DNA from: Thermodesulfobacteriota bacterium
GTDB lineage: Bacteria; Desulfobacterota; Desulfobacteria; Desulfobacterales; UBA11574
Direction: 5' to 3'
Assembly: GCA_042573625.1 (NCBI GenBank)
Contig: JBHPCZ010000003.1
Span: forward strand, 3,154-67,153
DNA: 64,000 bases
Shown piece by piece: positions 9,252 to 18,115 of the stretch. Every line of letters begins with the position of its first letter. Positions within the stretch are counted from its first letter, which is position 1. The notes under the pieces are model-generated. The model saw nothing but the letters and a program-made list of their open reading frames with translations, had not been told where the DNA came from and did no database searches. Made by a program: the position numbers and the translations under genes.

Positions 9252-10466
9252 TCATTGATGCTCTCTCTCATAAATGAAATTTCTCAGGCAACTGAGAAAC
9301 CAGTCTATATCTTTTTCATTAATTTCGTGATGAACACCGATATGGATGCCATTGGTGCCTATATATTCTGCATTCGGAAAATCACCGATTTTGTAGCCAA
9401 GAAATTCATAACCGCCGCATTGAGTGGGAATGGATGAGAAGAGCGACCGACTATCGATACCCTGGTGTTCCAAATAGAGCATCAATTCATCCCGTGTGAA
9501 TGGCGCCCCTTTCTTGACAAGAAACGGAAAGGCATGGGGACCGATCCGCTCGAATGATTCTTCTTTAAATGTCCATAGATATGTAGAAAATTCCTCGAAT
9601 TGTTCCATGATGGATCGCAGATTGTGATATCGTTTCCCAAGAATTTCGCCGTAAAGATCAAGATTTCCGAGGCCTAGTGCGGCCTCAAGTTCGTTCATTT
9701 TGCATGAATACCCGATACGCTCGAACTGAAAGCGGATATCCCCTCTTTCTTTATTACTGAAGCGCTTCTCGCAAAATCCTGACGTTGTATTCAATATGCA
9801 CTGTCTGCATTTGCAGGCCCTACCATGTGCCCTTAGAGAACGCAGGATCTCCGCAAATTGAGTGTTATCAGTTACGATGACCCCCCCCTCGCCCGTAGTA
9901 ATAATATGGGCCACGTAAAGGCTGAAAGCCCCCATGTCACCGAGAGTCCCGATATTCTTTCCTCGATATCTGGCCCCGTAAGCTTCGGCGGCATCTTCAA
10001 CCACAACCAGGTTATGTTTTTGGGCAATAGCGATAATCTGGTCCATTGCCGCAGGCTTACCCATAAGATGGGTTGGAATGATAGCGCGGGTGCGACCGGT
10101 GATGGCCGTTTCAATCATTTCCGGTTTGATATTCAATGTTTCCGGATCGATATCAACAAAAACCGGAGTGAAGCCTGCGTGAAGGATTGAATTCCCTGTG
10201 GCCACAAAGGATAAGGCAGGTGCGATCACCTCGTCGCCGCGCTGTCCTCCAATGTCATGTAAAACCGCCAGAGCCAGAGTATCAGCGTCCGTTCCGCTGC
10301 TAACAGCCACCGCCTCTTTCACCCCGACTATATCAGCGAATCGCTCCTCAAATTCACGGACATATTTTCCACCAGAAATGCGCCCCTTCTCCAAACAATC
10401 AAGGATCAGCTTCTTCGATTTGTCAGTAATTGTTATTGTTCCAAACGGAATTCTCATTTTCCGCAT
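9252..10466 (-). CDS. DegT/DnrJ/EryC1-family PLP/PMP enzyme, probably a sugar 3-dehydratase (RfbH-E1/ColD-like) rather than an aminotransferase
   Basis: DegT-family N-terminus (GKYVREFEERFADIVGVKEAVAVSSGTDA). The segment FSLYVAHIITTGEGG carries His where aminotransferases have the Schiff-base Lys. A Cys cluster GRACKCRQCILNTTSGFCEKRF follows, recalling the RfbH/E1 Fe-S region. Confidence 0.8.
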   Translation of the reverse strand: MRKMRIPFGTITITDKSKKLILDCLEKGRISGGKYVREFEERFADIVGVKEAVAVSSGTDADTLALAVLHDIGGQRGDEVIAPALSFVATGNSILHAGFTPVFVDIDPETLNIKPEMIETAITGRTRAIIPTHLMGKPAAMDQIIAIAQKHNLVVVEDAAEAYGARYRGKNIGTLGDMGAFSLYVAHIITTGEGGVIVTDNTQFAEILRSLRAHGRACKCRQCILNTTSGFCEKRFSNKERGDIRFQFERIGYSCKMNELEAALGLGNLDLYGEILGKRYHNLRSIMEQFEEFSTYLWTFKEESFERIGPHAFPFLVKKGAPFTRDELMLYLEHQGIDSRSLFSSIPTQCGGYEFLGYKIGDFPNAEYIGTNGIHIGVHHEINEKDIDWFLSCLRNFIYEREHQ

Positions 10467-10514
10467 TAATGTATGCTCCTCAAAGGTTTATTTGTCTCAA
10501 TCCTGTTCCTTGTT

Positions 10515-11540
10515 TCAAGCAGTGTCAAGATTGTATGCCCTGTCCCCGCCTCCAGCGACAGCGGCAAATCTGCCGAGACACATCTCAACAAGCGTATCAA
10601 AGGAGTGGGTCGCTTCCGTGTTCTTCACGAAAACCCTCGGGATACCATAAAAGTCATAGCGGTTCTGTAGTTTTAACCGAGCTACCTCTATAAACCCCAT
10701 TTTCTTAAGCGTTTCATCATAGTCAACAGTGTGCATGCCTGGTTTAAGAATAGCACTGTCACGGATGTAGAAATAACCACCCCTGCGTAGGACACGCGAA
10801 CCTTCTGCCAGAAGCCACAATAAACCAGCGTAGTTGAGCTCGTTCAGAACGTAGCACGCTGTCAGCAAATCCATACTGCCTGCCTTTAAAAGCGGGAATC
10901 TCCAAGACGGAACATGCTTGATTGCGTATCTATTGTTATCAAGCTCAGCCTTGATCCGCTCAACCGGAAACTGGAAGTTCTCGCACTCGATAAGATCAAA
11001 ATATGCCCCTGGTTCTGGCGACAAAAAACGGAAATAGTGCCGCTGAACTCCGTAACTCATGGGACTGGCCTCAAGGGCATAGAATGAAGCATTAAGGAAC
11101 CTCAGGCTGTATAAAGCCGAACTCCCGAGACCGGGACCTATGTCAACATGATTCGGGTGTTCGGGCAAACTAGTGCAGTGACGTTTGATAAAACTGTAAT
11201 CCTGGGTTCGTGTTAGAGCTTGGCTCCGCACATTGTGGGCCCATGTTTTAGATTTAGCAAGAAAAGGAAAGAAATGGAGGAAGGCCTTCGCCATTTCTTT
11301 CTCGCAGCACTGCTTGACCTCCTCGTAATCGGGCACCATCATCTCCTGAGGCGTATCCTTCTGGACGTAGAACATAGAGAAATAGAATGCCACTGCATAC
11401 ATATTTTCAAGATCGAGTATATTTGCTTTGTGCATATTTTCAGTCCACTCAAATGGTGAACCGAGACGTGCCACCCTGTCGCCGAATATCCATTCTTGTT
11501 CAACCAGGGCTCTTTTAAGTGATTCTCTAACGTCCTGCAT
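10515..11540 (-). CDS. putative class-I SAM-dependent methyltransferase
   Basis: VDIGPGLGSSALYS (motif I-like) and LRRGGYFYIRDS (post-motif II). The start is placed at MQDVRESL (11540), which follows a GGGGGT Shine-Dalgarno and avoids overlap with the upstream FkbM gene. The longest ORF would start at 11639. Confidence 0.55.
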   Translation of the reverse strand: MQDVRESLKRALVEQEWIFGDRVARLGSPFEWTENMHKANILDLENMYAVAFYFSMFYVQKDTPQEMMVPDYEEVKQCCEKEMAKAFLHFFPFLAKSKTWAHNVRSQALTRTQDYSFIKRHCTSLPEHPNHVDIGPGLGSSALYSLRFLNASFYALEASPMSYGVQRHYFRFLSPEPGAYFDLIECENFQFPVERIKAELDNNRYAIKHVPSWRFPLLKAGSMDLLTACYVLNELNYAGLLWLLAEGSRVLRRGGYFYIRDSAILKPGMHTVDYDETLKKMGFIEVARLKLQNRYDFYGIPRVFVKNTEATHSFDTLVEMCLGRFAAVAGGGDRAYNLDTA

Positions 11541-11562
11541 TTTAAAGTGTACCCCCTTTTTT

Positions 11563-12618
11563 TTATCTTTGTCTATAGGGCGGCACATCGTCGTAGTCAT
11601 TGATATGTCGCCGCTCATCCACAAAACGCCCCACTTCAAAATTGCTACTCTCTGGAAAGGCTTTTACTCTATCAAACAAGTTTAATAATTTTTGATACGT
11701 CTCAGCTGGATCAAGATGAGCAACGCGATGAACGAGTTGTTCTATTCGCCTGGCTTCTTCCCCCTGTGCCCATGTTTTTAACGCCACTTCCAGGGCAAAA
11801 TCATAATAGCCGGTCAAGAGTGCACAGGCAAACAGGACATAATTACTCCGATCTGAGAGGGGCTTCTGGCGAACATCATTAGCCAGGGGGTCTTTAAAAA
11901 AGACCGCATCAGCCCAGAAAACGCGTTCTCTCCCTGCCTCAACCATTTTATTTAAACGTTTACACGATCTATAATGCAAACCCTGAAAGCCATAAAAATA
12001 AAAACCACGTTCGCGTAGAAACATCTCAATTTCTGAAAAAAGCTTCTGATCCGAATAAAAAGGAACGAAATTTACTTCCACAAGAATAGCGACTGTGCGC
12101 CCCCATAATGTCTTTTCAGCGCCATTTAAGACCTCCCATTCAACACCCTGTGCATCCAGTTTAATAAATTCGCCACAGGTGTCCACCAGATCCTTCCGTT
12201 CAAATAACACCTTGTCAAGTGTTGTGGTTCGAATGGAAGTAGTCCCTTTTCTCTGGAGACTATTTATATTATAGCGCTGAACGATGGCCGGGTTTTCAGG
12301 TCTAAGTGAGTCAGTTACCGGGGCGGAAAAACGGTGCAGGGTACCCGGTCCTTCTTGGCCAGCCAGCGCCAAAGGGAGTATCTGGATCACTGAATACGGT
12401 GATTGGCGGTGGCAACTATTTCTTAAACGTGTGCATTCGGCCTCGTCAAGATCAAAGGCCAGCACTGCCGTATTTTCAGCCAGCGGTTCGACGAGAGGGT
12501 GAATGCCCCCACGAGCACCAATGTCTATAAAGCCGAGCGGATTGGCGCGCAACTCGGAACCTACTGCACTACCCATAAAAAGCGGTTCAGAGGTTAAACA
12601 ATTAATGCCTTTTAACAT
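11563..12618 (-). CDS. FkbM-family methyltransferase
   Basis: FIDIGARGGIH (SAM motif) and FIKLDAQGVEWEVLNGA are hallmarks of Methyltransf_21/FkbM proteins. Confidence 0.8.
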   Translation of the reverse strand: MLKGINCLTSEPLFMGSAVGSELRANPLGFIDIGARGGIHPLVEPLAENTAVLAFDLDEAECTRLRNSCHRQSPYSVIQILPLALAGQEGPGTLHRFSAPVTDSLRPENPAIVQRYNINSLQRKGTTSIRTTTLDKVLFERKDLVDTCGEFIKLDAQGVEWEVLNGAEKTLWGRTVAILVEVNFVPFYSDQKLFSEIEMFLRERGFYFYGFQGLHYRSCKRLNKMVEAGRERVFWADAVFFKDPLANDVRQKPLSDRSNYVLFACALLTGYYDFALEVALKTWAQGEEARRIEQLVHRVAHLDPAETYQKLLNLFDRVKAFPESSNFEVGRFVDERRHINDYDDVPPYRQR

Positions 12619-12672
12619 CTAAAATACCTCCTGATCAAGTGTCGCCTTTGTCTGGAAAGATGGAGTGTGCTT

Positions 12673-14154
12673 CTACTCACTTAAAATCTTCCTTTTCAGC
12701 TTGATTTTAGTCATGCCTTGGATGTGTTCTCTGGATTCTCTTCCGAACTTTTTTTCTATTAAATTCAAATAATCCTGATTGGTAAAATACGTATTAAACA
12801 CATGATCGCGGAATCTAAGAATCTCCGCAGATGACAATGACTCAGTGGGGAGCGGGAGAAAATCGTATCCCTGTGAGGCGTAACCCAACCACGATTCAGG
12901 CAAAGGAGTATTATTTTTGAGTGCTTTACGGTAAAGGTCGGAACCGGGAATTGCCATGGTGCAAAAAAAGCTGGGGAAAGCGCACTTTAGTTCCAAAGCA
13001 AATTCGAGATTTTCCTGCATTGTTTCGAGAGTGTCGCCGGGAAGTCCGAACATGAAGTTGGCACAAAGGTCTATTCCAGCACCATGTACTTTCTTTACAA
13101 CTCTCCGGATGATGTCCTTGGTGAAATTTCCTTTTTTGCTACGCTTGATTATTTCTACATTGCAGGACTCGATTCCGAGCTTAAACCAATTGAACCCGGC
13201 CTTTTTAAGAAAGGTAAGTTCTTCCATAGACGTTTTGTCTAAAATATCCACTCTTGCAAAGGAAGCGATATTGAGGTCATATTTGCGTTTCAGAATTTCT
13301 TTCGCAATAGGGTGGTAATGACTGTGCTTGAAGATAAACAGTTCGTCATGCAGATTAATATTCTTAACGTTGTATTTGTTCACCAGCAGATCAAATTGAC
13401 CTATCACCCATTCTGGATTCCAGGTTCTTAATTTGTGTTCTCCATAGGTTGCATGAATCGCACAGAAGTTGCATCGGAAAGGACAGCCGAGACTGGTGAA
13501 CAAAGACACAAACCTATTTCTCGAATTCAAATCACCCAAACACATCCAGTTAAATGCCCTATACCTGTTCTCATTCATCGGCAGCAGATCCCAGGCTACC
13601 TCGGGCAACTCCCGGGTGAGATCGGCAATATTTTCTGCACGACGGTTGCTTTTAATTTCTCCGTTCTCTTCCCACCATAGGCCACGAACCTCGCGGTAAT
13701 TTTTCCCGGAGAGCAGATCCTTCAGTGAATAAAAGCCTTCTCCTTGGATTACGAAGTCACAGGCTTCTTCCAGGAGGGTTCTCTCTGGCAATGCGGAAGG
13801 ATGCCATCCTGTAAGGATAAGGTTTTTTTCGGGAATCTTTTCTTTAATCTTGCGGCATAATTCACCTACACCGACCATTATGGGGGTAGAAACATTTGCC
13901 TGCTGACTGTAACAGATAATCGCAATGTACTTTGGGGCATCCCGCTGAATCCGTTCAACGGTTTCATCATAATCGATGTTTTCCGCGTTTGCGTCTAACA
14001 CTCCAACACTGAAACCCTCTTTGCGCAAATATCCGGCAGTAAGAATTGCCCAAAAAGGCGTATCAACTGCTGAATAATCCTTACTCAATTCCTGATAGAT
14101 ACGTTTCCGGGAACCGCCTGGGTTAATCAATAGAATGTCAGGGTTCAAAGTCAC
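12673..14154 (-). CDS. B12-binding-domain radical SAM enzyme (class B)
   Basis: N-terminal Rossmann-like B12 domain (ILLINPG..., AIICYSQQA). CxxxCxxC cluster motif SLGCPFRCNFCAI. 493 aa. Confidence 0.9.
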   Translation of the reverse strand: MTLNPDILLINPGGSRKRIYQELSKDYSAVDTPFWAILTAGYLRKEGFSVGVLDANAENIDYDETVERIQRDAPKYIAIICYSQQANVSTPIMVGVGELCRKIKEKIPEKNLILTGWHPSALPERTLLEEACDFVIQGEGFYSLKDLLSGKNYREVRGLWWEENGEIKSNRRAENIADLTRELPEVAWDLLPMNENRYRAFNWMCLGDLNSRNRFVSLFTSLGCPFRCNFCAIHATYGEHKLRTWNPEWVIGQFDLLVNKYNVKNINLHDELFIFKHSHYHPIAKEILKRKYDLNIASFARVDILDKTSMEELTFLKKAGFNWFKLGIESCNVEIIKRSKKGNFTKDIIRRVVKKVHGAGIDLCANFMFGLPGDTLETMQENLEFALELKCAFPSFFCTMAIPGSDLYRKALKNNTPLPESWLGYASQGYDFLPLPTESLSSAEILRFRDHVFNTYFTNQDYLNLIEKKFGRESREHIQGMTKIKLKRKILSE

Positions 14155-15070
14155 TCCTTGTGCTCATTTGCAGTAGAAAACTCTTCAGGGAATCTCCGTC
14201 AATGCCTATTCTGCGTCTCAGTTCTTCACGTCCGGGATTGCCGAGTATAAATGCTTCTGGTGGGCCTCTCCGAACTATTTTCAAATGGCTATTTGTTTCT
14301 GATTTCCAAGCACAGATTTCATGATAAAGCCCTCCCTGTGGAATACTCTCCTCAGTGATAATTGCAATGGCATATCTGTCTGCAATTTCGGCAAAGCACT
14401 CTCTGTCCACAGGTTTTACTGTGTGAAAATGATAAAGCGCTGGATTTATTTTGCTCCCTTCTAATTCCCGCATCTTCGGGTAAATGTCGGAAACTATGTC
14501 ACCCGAGGTGAGTACCGCCACCTTCTCGCCATCGATCAATTTCCTGGCCTTCCCCAAGCTAATTGAAGAATCGTGTCCAACTTCCGATTCGCCAAATTTT
14601 CCAACGCGCAGATATGATGGCCCCTTAAGCTTCAGCATCTGCGGCATTAATTCCCGGAGTTCATCAGGGCCGCCGGGGGTAACAATGCTCATGTTTGGTA
14701 GAGCTCCCATCAGAACCAGATCATCGGCAGCATGGTGAGTAACCCCAGCCTGGGCATACGTGAAGCCGCCGCCAGCCCCGACGACCATTACCGGCAAATT
14801 ATGGTAGGCTATCCCGAAGCGAATCTGTTCGAACGGTCTGGCCGTAACAAACGACCCGATGGAATAGGCAATCGGCCGCCAGCCCTCCAGAGCCAAACCC
14901 ACGGCGGTGTTTATCAACTGCGCTTCGGCGACGCCGACATTCACATATCTTGTTGGAAATTGTACGATGAATTCATCGAAGACTTGGAACCCCAGATCCC
15001 CCGTCAGAAAAATTATTCTCGGATTTTCTTTCGCTACATTGACTAGCATGTCTGAAAATGCTTTTCTCAT
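14138..15070 (-). CDS. transketolase, C-terminal (pyrimidine-binding) subunit
   Basis: MRKAFSDMLVNVAKEN..., FLTGDLG, VNVGVAEAQLI, AADDLVLM. The start at 15070 follows a GAGGT SD. The longest ORF would start at 15112. Confidence 0.85.
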   Translation of the reverse strand: MRKAFSDMLVNVAKENPRIIFLTGDLGFQVFDEFIVQFPTRYVNVGVAEAQLINTAVGLALEGWRPIAYSIGSFVTARPFEQIRFGIAYHNLPVMVVGAGGGFTYAQAGVTHHAADDLVLMGALPNMSIVTPGGPDELRELMPQMLKLKGPSYLRVGKFGESEVGHDSSISLGKARKLIDGEKVAVLTSGDIVSDIYPKMRELEGSKINPALYHFHTVKPVDRECFAEIADRYAIAIITEESIPQGGLYHEICAWKSETNSHLKIVRRGPPEAFILGNPGREELRRRIGIDGDSLKSFLLQMSTRSDFEP

Positions 15071-15083
15071 TGAAGCAACCTCA

Positions 15084-15932
15084 TTAATAAAAGGGTTCCT
15101 CTTCGATTTCAACGAGAGCCCTGTCTAAGTCGTGCTTGGACGGGCTTCGATAGAACCAAACCTGATCTTTTTCCATAAAGCTGACTCCGGCTCCGCTGAC
15201 GGTATTTGCGATTATCACAGAAGGTTTTTCCGGTGAAAAAGGAAATTTATTAAGTGCGTCAACGAGAACACTAATATTATTGCCGTTTACAGAGATTGCT
15301 TCCCATCCGAAACTGCGAAACTTCTCTTCGAGCGAGGTAAAGCCCATGAGTGCATCGCTCCGGCCAACAGCCTGTGAACCGTTGCAGTCAACAATAGCCA
15401 AAACGTTGGTAAGTTTCTGCGCTGCCGCGAACATGGAGGCTTCCCAGACGCTTCCTTCGTTACATTCGCCGTCACTCATGAGCACAACCGCCCTGCTTGT
15501 CAAGTTCTGGTCAAGTCGTAGACCATAAAGAATGCCCCCGGCGATGCCTAAACCATGCCCAAGACTGCCGGAAGAAATTTCCAGATGCGGCAGCGCATAT
15601 TTACAGGGATGATTCGGCAACAACGAATCGGTTTGCGCATATTCCTTGAGTACCTCCCGGGGAATGATACTAAATGCGGCCATGGTAGCGTAAAGCGCCG
15701 AGCACCCGTGGCCTTTGCTCATGATAAAACGGTCCCGTTCCAATTTACAACTCTTTCCACCATCACAGTAATTGAGGAATCCTCCGAACAAAACCGTCAG
15801 TATATCAACACAGCTCAATGCGGAACTTACATGAGTCTCCCCGGCGTTAAATGCCATTTTTACGCATGTAGCGCGAATCCGCCCAGCCATCTTTTCCAGT
15901 TCCTTTGTTTCAAACATTGCCATTTCCCTCAT
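15084..15932 (-). CDS. transketolase, N-terminal (ThDP-binding) subunit
   Basis: SKGHGCSALYA, GSLGHGLGIAGG and the ThDP motif VLMSDGECNEGSVWEA. Confidence 0.9.
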   Translation of the reverse strand: MREMAMFETKELEKMAGRIRATCVKMAFNAGETHVSSALSCVDILTVLFGGFLNYCDGGKSCKLERDRFIMSKGHGCSALYATMAAFSIIPREVLKEYAQTDSLLPNHPCKYALPHLEISSGSLGHGLGIAGGILYGLRLDQNLTSRAVVLMSDGECNEGSVWEASMFAAAQKLTNVLAIVDCNGSQAVGRSDALMGFTSLEEKFRSFGWEAISVNGNNISVLVDALNKFPFSPEKPSVIIANTVSGAGVSFMEKDQVWFYRSPSKHDLDRALVEIEEEPFY

Positions 15933-15933
15933 T

Positions 15934-17235
15934 TCAAAAATTTATGTGCCTTTCCCTCAGGTAAGTCTGAACGGTTTCGTGGTTTTCGACAATCTCATCC
16001 ATACTCATGCTTTCACCGAAAGGCGTAACTTTATCATACTCAAAGAAGTGGGGGGCCTTTTCATCATCGTCGAAACGGCCAAAAGCGAATAGGTATTTAT
16101 CGAACGGCACGTTTGGATTTATCTTCATTCCAAAGCGTTGTGGATTATTCCATATTTCTGAGCCCGGAATGGGACACAAGATTGAAAGTGATACGTTCGA
16201 GGGCTGGACCTCCTCAATGAAATCGATCGTCTGCTGCGCAATGTTCCGCGGTTCCCCTGGAAGCCCCAAAATCAGAAGCAGTTTGATGTCGAGCCCTTCC
16301 TGCCGTAGAACCCTGAAGTATTCTTTTGCTTTCACGAGATCAATTTTTTTGTTCATGATGTCAAGCGCGCGTTGAGAAACACTCTCGATTGCCACGGCGA
16401 TCTCGACACAACCGGTTTCCTTTGCCAGTCTTACTGTATCGGAATGAACCCCGTTAGCCCTGGACTGTCCCCTCCATAAGATGTTCGCCTTTCCGATCGC
16501 TTCGAGCATACTGCGGGCACCTTTCCTGTTGGTATGAATGCCTTGGTCATCTTTTAAAAGGATTGATTGGACTTGATATTCGCGCTTGAGATATTCTATC
16601 TCTTTCACGATCCATTCTGGTGAGCGTACCCGGATGGGACCTTTGTACTGGTTTGAGCAGAAGTGGCAGTCGAATGGGCAGCCTCTCGAGAATAGCACAG
16701 AGGTCCCAAGCAGGTCGTAATACTTCTGGCTCAGCATGCCGACATCCACAATAGCAGATTTTGGCAGATACTTCCGGAGCGGAAACGGGTAATTGTTGAT
16801 GTCAATTGTGCCGGTCTGACGGTATATTTTCTTGAGTTTCTTATTGAAAATGTCTTGTATCATCTGTTTGATGATCTCTTCACCTTCCCCTATACAGATC
16901 GCATCAAAGGTATTTAGACTCTCCTCGGGAAAGATGTTCGCATGCGGGCCACCGGCAAGGTGAAGGGCTTTAGGATAGAAGCGCCTAACCGCCGCAATGA
17001 TTCTCTGGATCTCGGCAATCTCGGGGGTGGTCACGTAGTGAAGGTAGACTTCCAGTTCCGGGATGTGATAGATCATCGAATCTTCATCAATCCCCCGCAG
17101 GTCGGTGTAGCTTAGACTCAGCCGATCGCCGAATTCCTCTTCCAATATTGTTAAGAGGTATAATGGGCCGAGCGGATCGATCCTAAACGGTTTCTCGTTC
17201 TGTTTCCCACTGGTGTTTAGGAATCCAACTCTCAT
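15934..17235 (-). CDS. B12-binding-domain radical SAM enzyme (class B), second paralog
   Basis: N-terminal B12-like domain followed by the SRGCPFDCHFCSN CxxxCxxC motif. 433 aa. Its stop lies 1 nt before the transketolase-N start. Confidence 0.9.
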   Translation of the reverse strand: MRVGFLNTSGKQNEKPFRIDPLGPLYLLTILEEEFGDRLSLSYTDLRGIDEDSMIYHIPELEVYLHYVTTPEIAEIQRIIAAVRRFYPKALHLAGGPHANIFPEESLNTFDAICIGEGEEIIKQMIQDIFNKKLKKIYRQTGTIDINNYPFPLRKYLPKSAIVDVGMLSQKYYDLLGTSVLFSRGCPFDCHFCSNQYKGPIRVRSPEWIVKEIEYLKREYQVQSILLKDDQGIHTNRKGARSMLEAIGKANILWRGQSRANGVHSDTVRLAKETGCVEIAVAIESVSQRALDIMNKKIDLVKAKEYFRVLRQEGLDIKLLLILGLPGEPRNIAQQTIDFIEEVQPSNVSLSILCPIPGSEIWNNPQRFGMKINPNVPFDKYLFAFGRFDDDEKAPHFFEYDKVTPFGESMSMDEIVENHETVQTYLRERHINF

Positions 17236-17285
17236 GAAGGCCTCCTTCAGAAATTAAGTTTCCGTTCCCGCATAACGGCCTGAAG

Positions 17286-17530
17286 CTACATATAGATGTT
17301 AATTATCTGATCGGGAGCCATCGCACGACCCCATGGCGTCTCGCGATCATACTCGAAGACCAGGTGCGGTTTCTCGCTCTCCTCAAAGCGCCCAAGTGCA
17401 GACTGATACTTGTCGAAACCAACGCCGGATGGTCCTTTGCCAAGTAATCATCAACTCCCGTGACCGCTCGCCTATCAGACCAGGTATATTGATCAAAGAA
17501 TATCGAATTTCGTTCATCCGCTTCGATGTC
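17286..17530 (-). pseudogene. 3' remnant of a radical-SAM paralog (frameshifted fragment)
   Basis: The minus-strand translation GVGFDKYQSALGRFEESEKPHLVFEYDRETPWGRAMAPDQIINIYM* aligns with the C-terminus of the adjacent rSAM (NVPFDKYLFAFGRFDDDEKAPHFFEYDKVTPFGESMSMDEIVEN). Upstream pieces (DIEADERNSIFF / INIPG) lie in other frames. There is no start codon and no N-terminal domains. Confidence 0.6.
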
Positions 17531-18115
17531 CTATATGATCGATCTATCAATAAATGTTTTCAGCAGAAAACGTGATATTATTGCGGCAGGAGAGCTCAAA
17601 TATATTTCGCCACTGACCAGCCTCTGTGCAGCGTCTGTAAAAGATATTGCTTCAACGGAGACGATCTCATTGTCATGTCTTGAGCGGGAAACGAACTCAG
17701 ACTGACTCACATCCACACTGAAAACGCTCAGAAGGACTGGTATTCTGCCAGGCAGCTCGGAGACAGGCAGCTCAGGGACAAAGCGACGGGGGTCAGTTAT
17801 ACCTATACCTGTTTCTTCCATGAACTCCCGCATGGCAGCCGTCCTCGGGGTTTCTCCAACCTGCGAATCACCAGCTGGGAGTTCTAAGGGACAGTCATCA
17901 ATCAATGGGCGCTTCACACGAATCATGACGATGAAATCTCTCTCCAAGACAGGAAGTATCACAACCTGAGATCGCTTATATTCCATAGTGTAGTAGGTTC
18001 CTCTCGCCATCACCTGAAACCAAGGGTTTTCGTGCGCGAGGGAGACCGGTTGTAATTCAGGACACAACAGTGGAGAGGGGCTGTCTGGATCGCATGGAAG
18101 CACTTTTCTTGTCAT
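17531..18115 (-). CDS. Nudix hydrolase (nucleotide-sugar hydrolase role inferred from context)
   Basis: Nudix box GDSQVGETPRTAAMREFMEETG (Gx5Ex7REUxEExGU). The start overlaps the upstream dehydratase stop as ATGA. Confidence 0.85.
   Translation of the reverse strand: MTRKVLPCDPDSPSPLLCPELQPVSLAHENPWFQVMARGTYYTMEYKRSQVVILPVLERDFIVMIRVKRPLIDDCPLELPAGDSQVGETPRTAAMREFMEETGIGITDPRRFVPELPVSELPGRIPVLLSVFSVDVSQSEFVSRSRHDNEIVSVEAISFTDAAQRLVSGEIYLSSPAAIISRFLLKTFIDRSII

Noticed and set aside
10198-10650. 150-aa plus-strand ORF, together with overlapping 65-87-aa plus-strand ORFs
   Set aside because: They are antisense to the DegT-family and methyltransferase genes in a GC-richer block where spurious ORFs are expected.
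17333-17575. 80-aa plus-strand ORF
   Set aside because: The opposite strand carries a clear similarity to a radical-SAM C-terminus (pseudogene remnant), which explains the sequence better.
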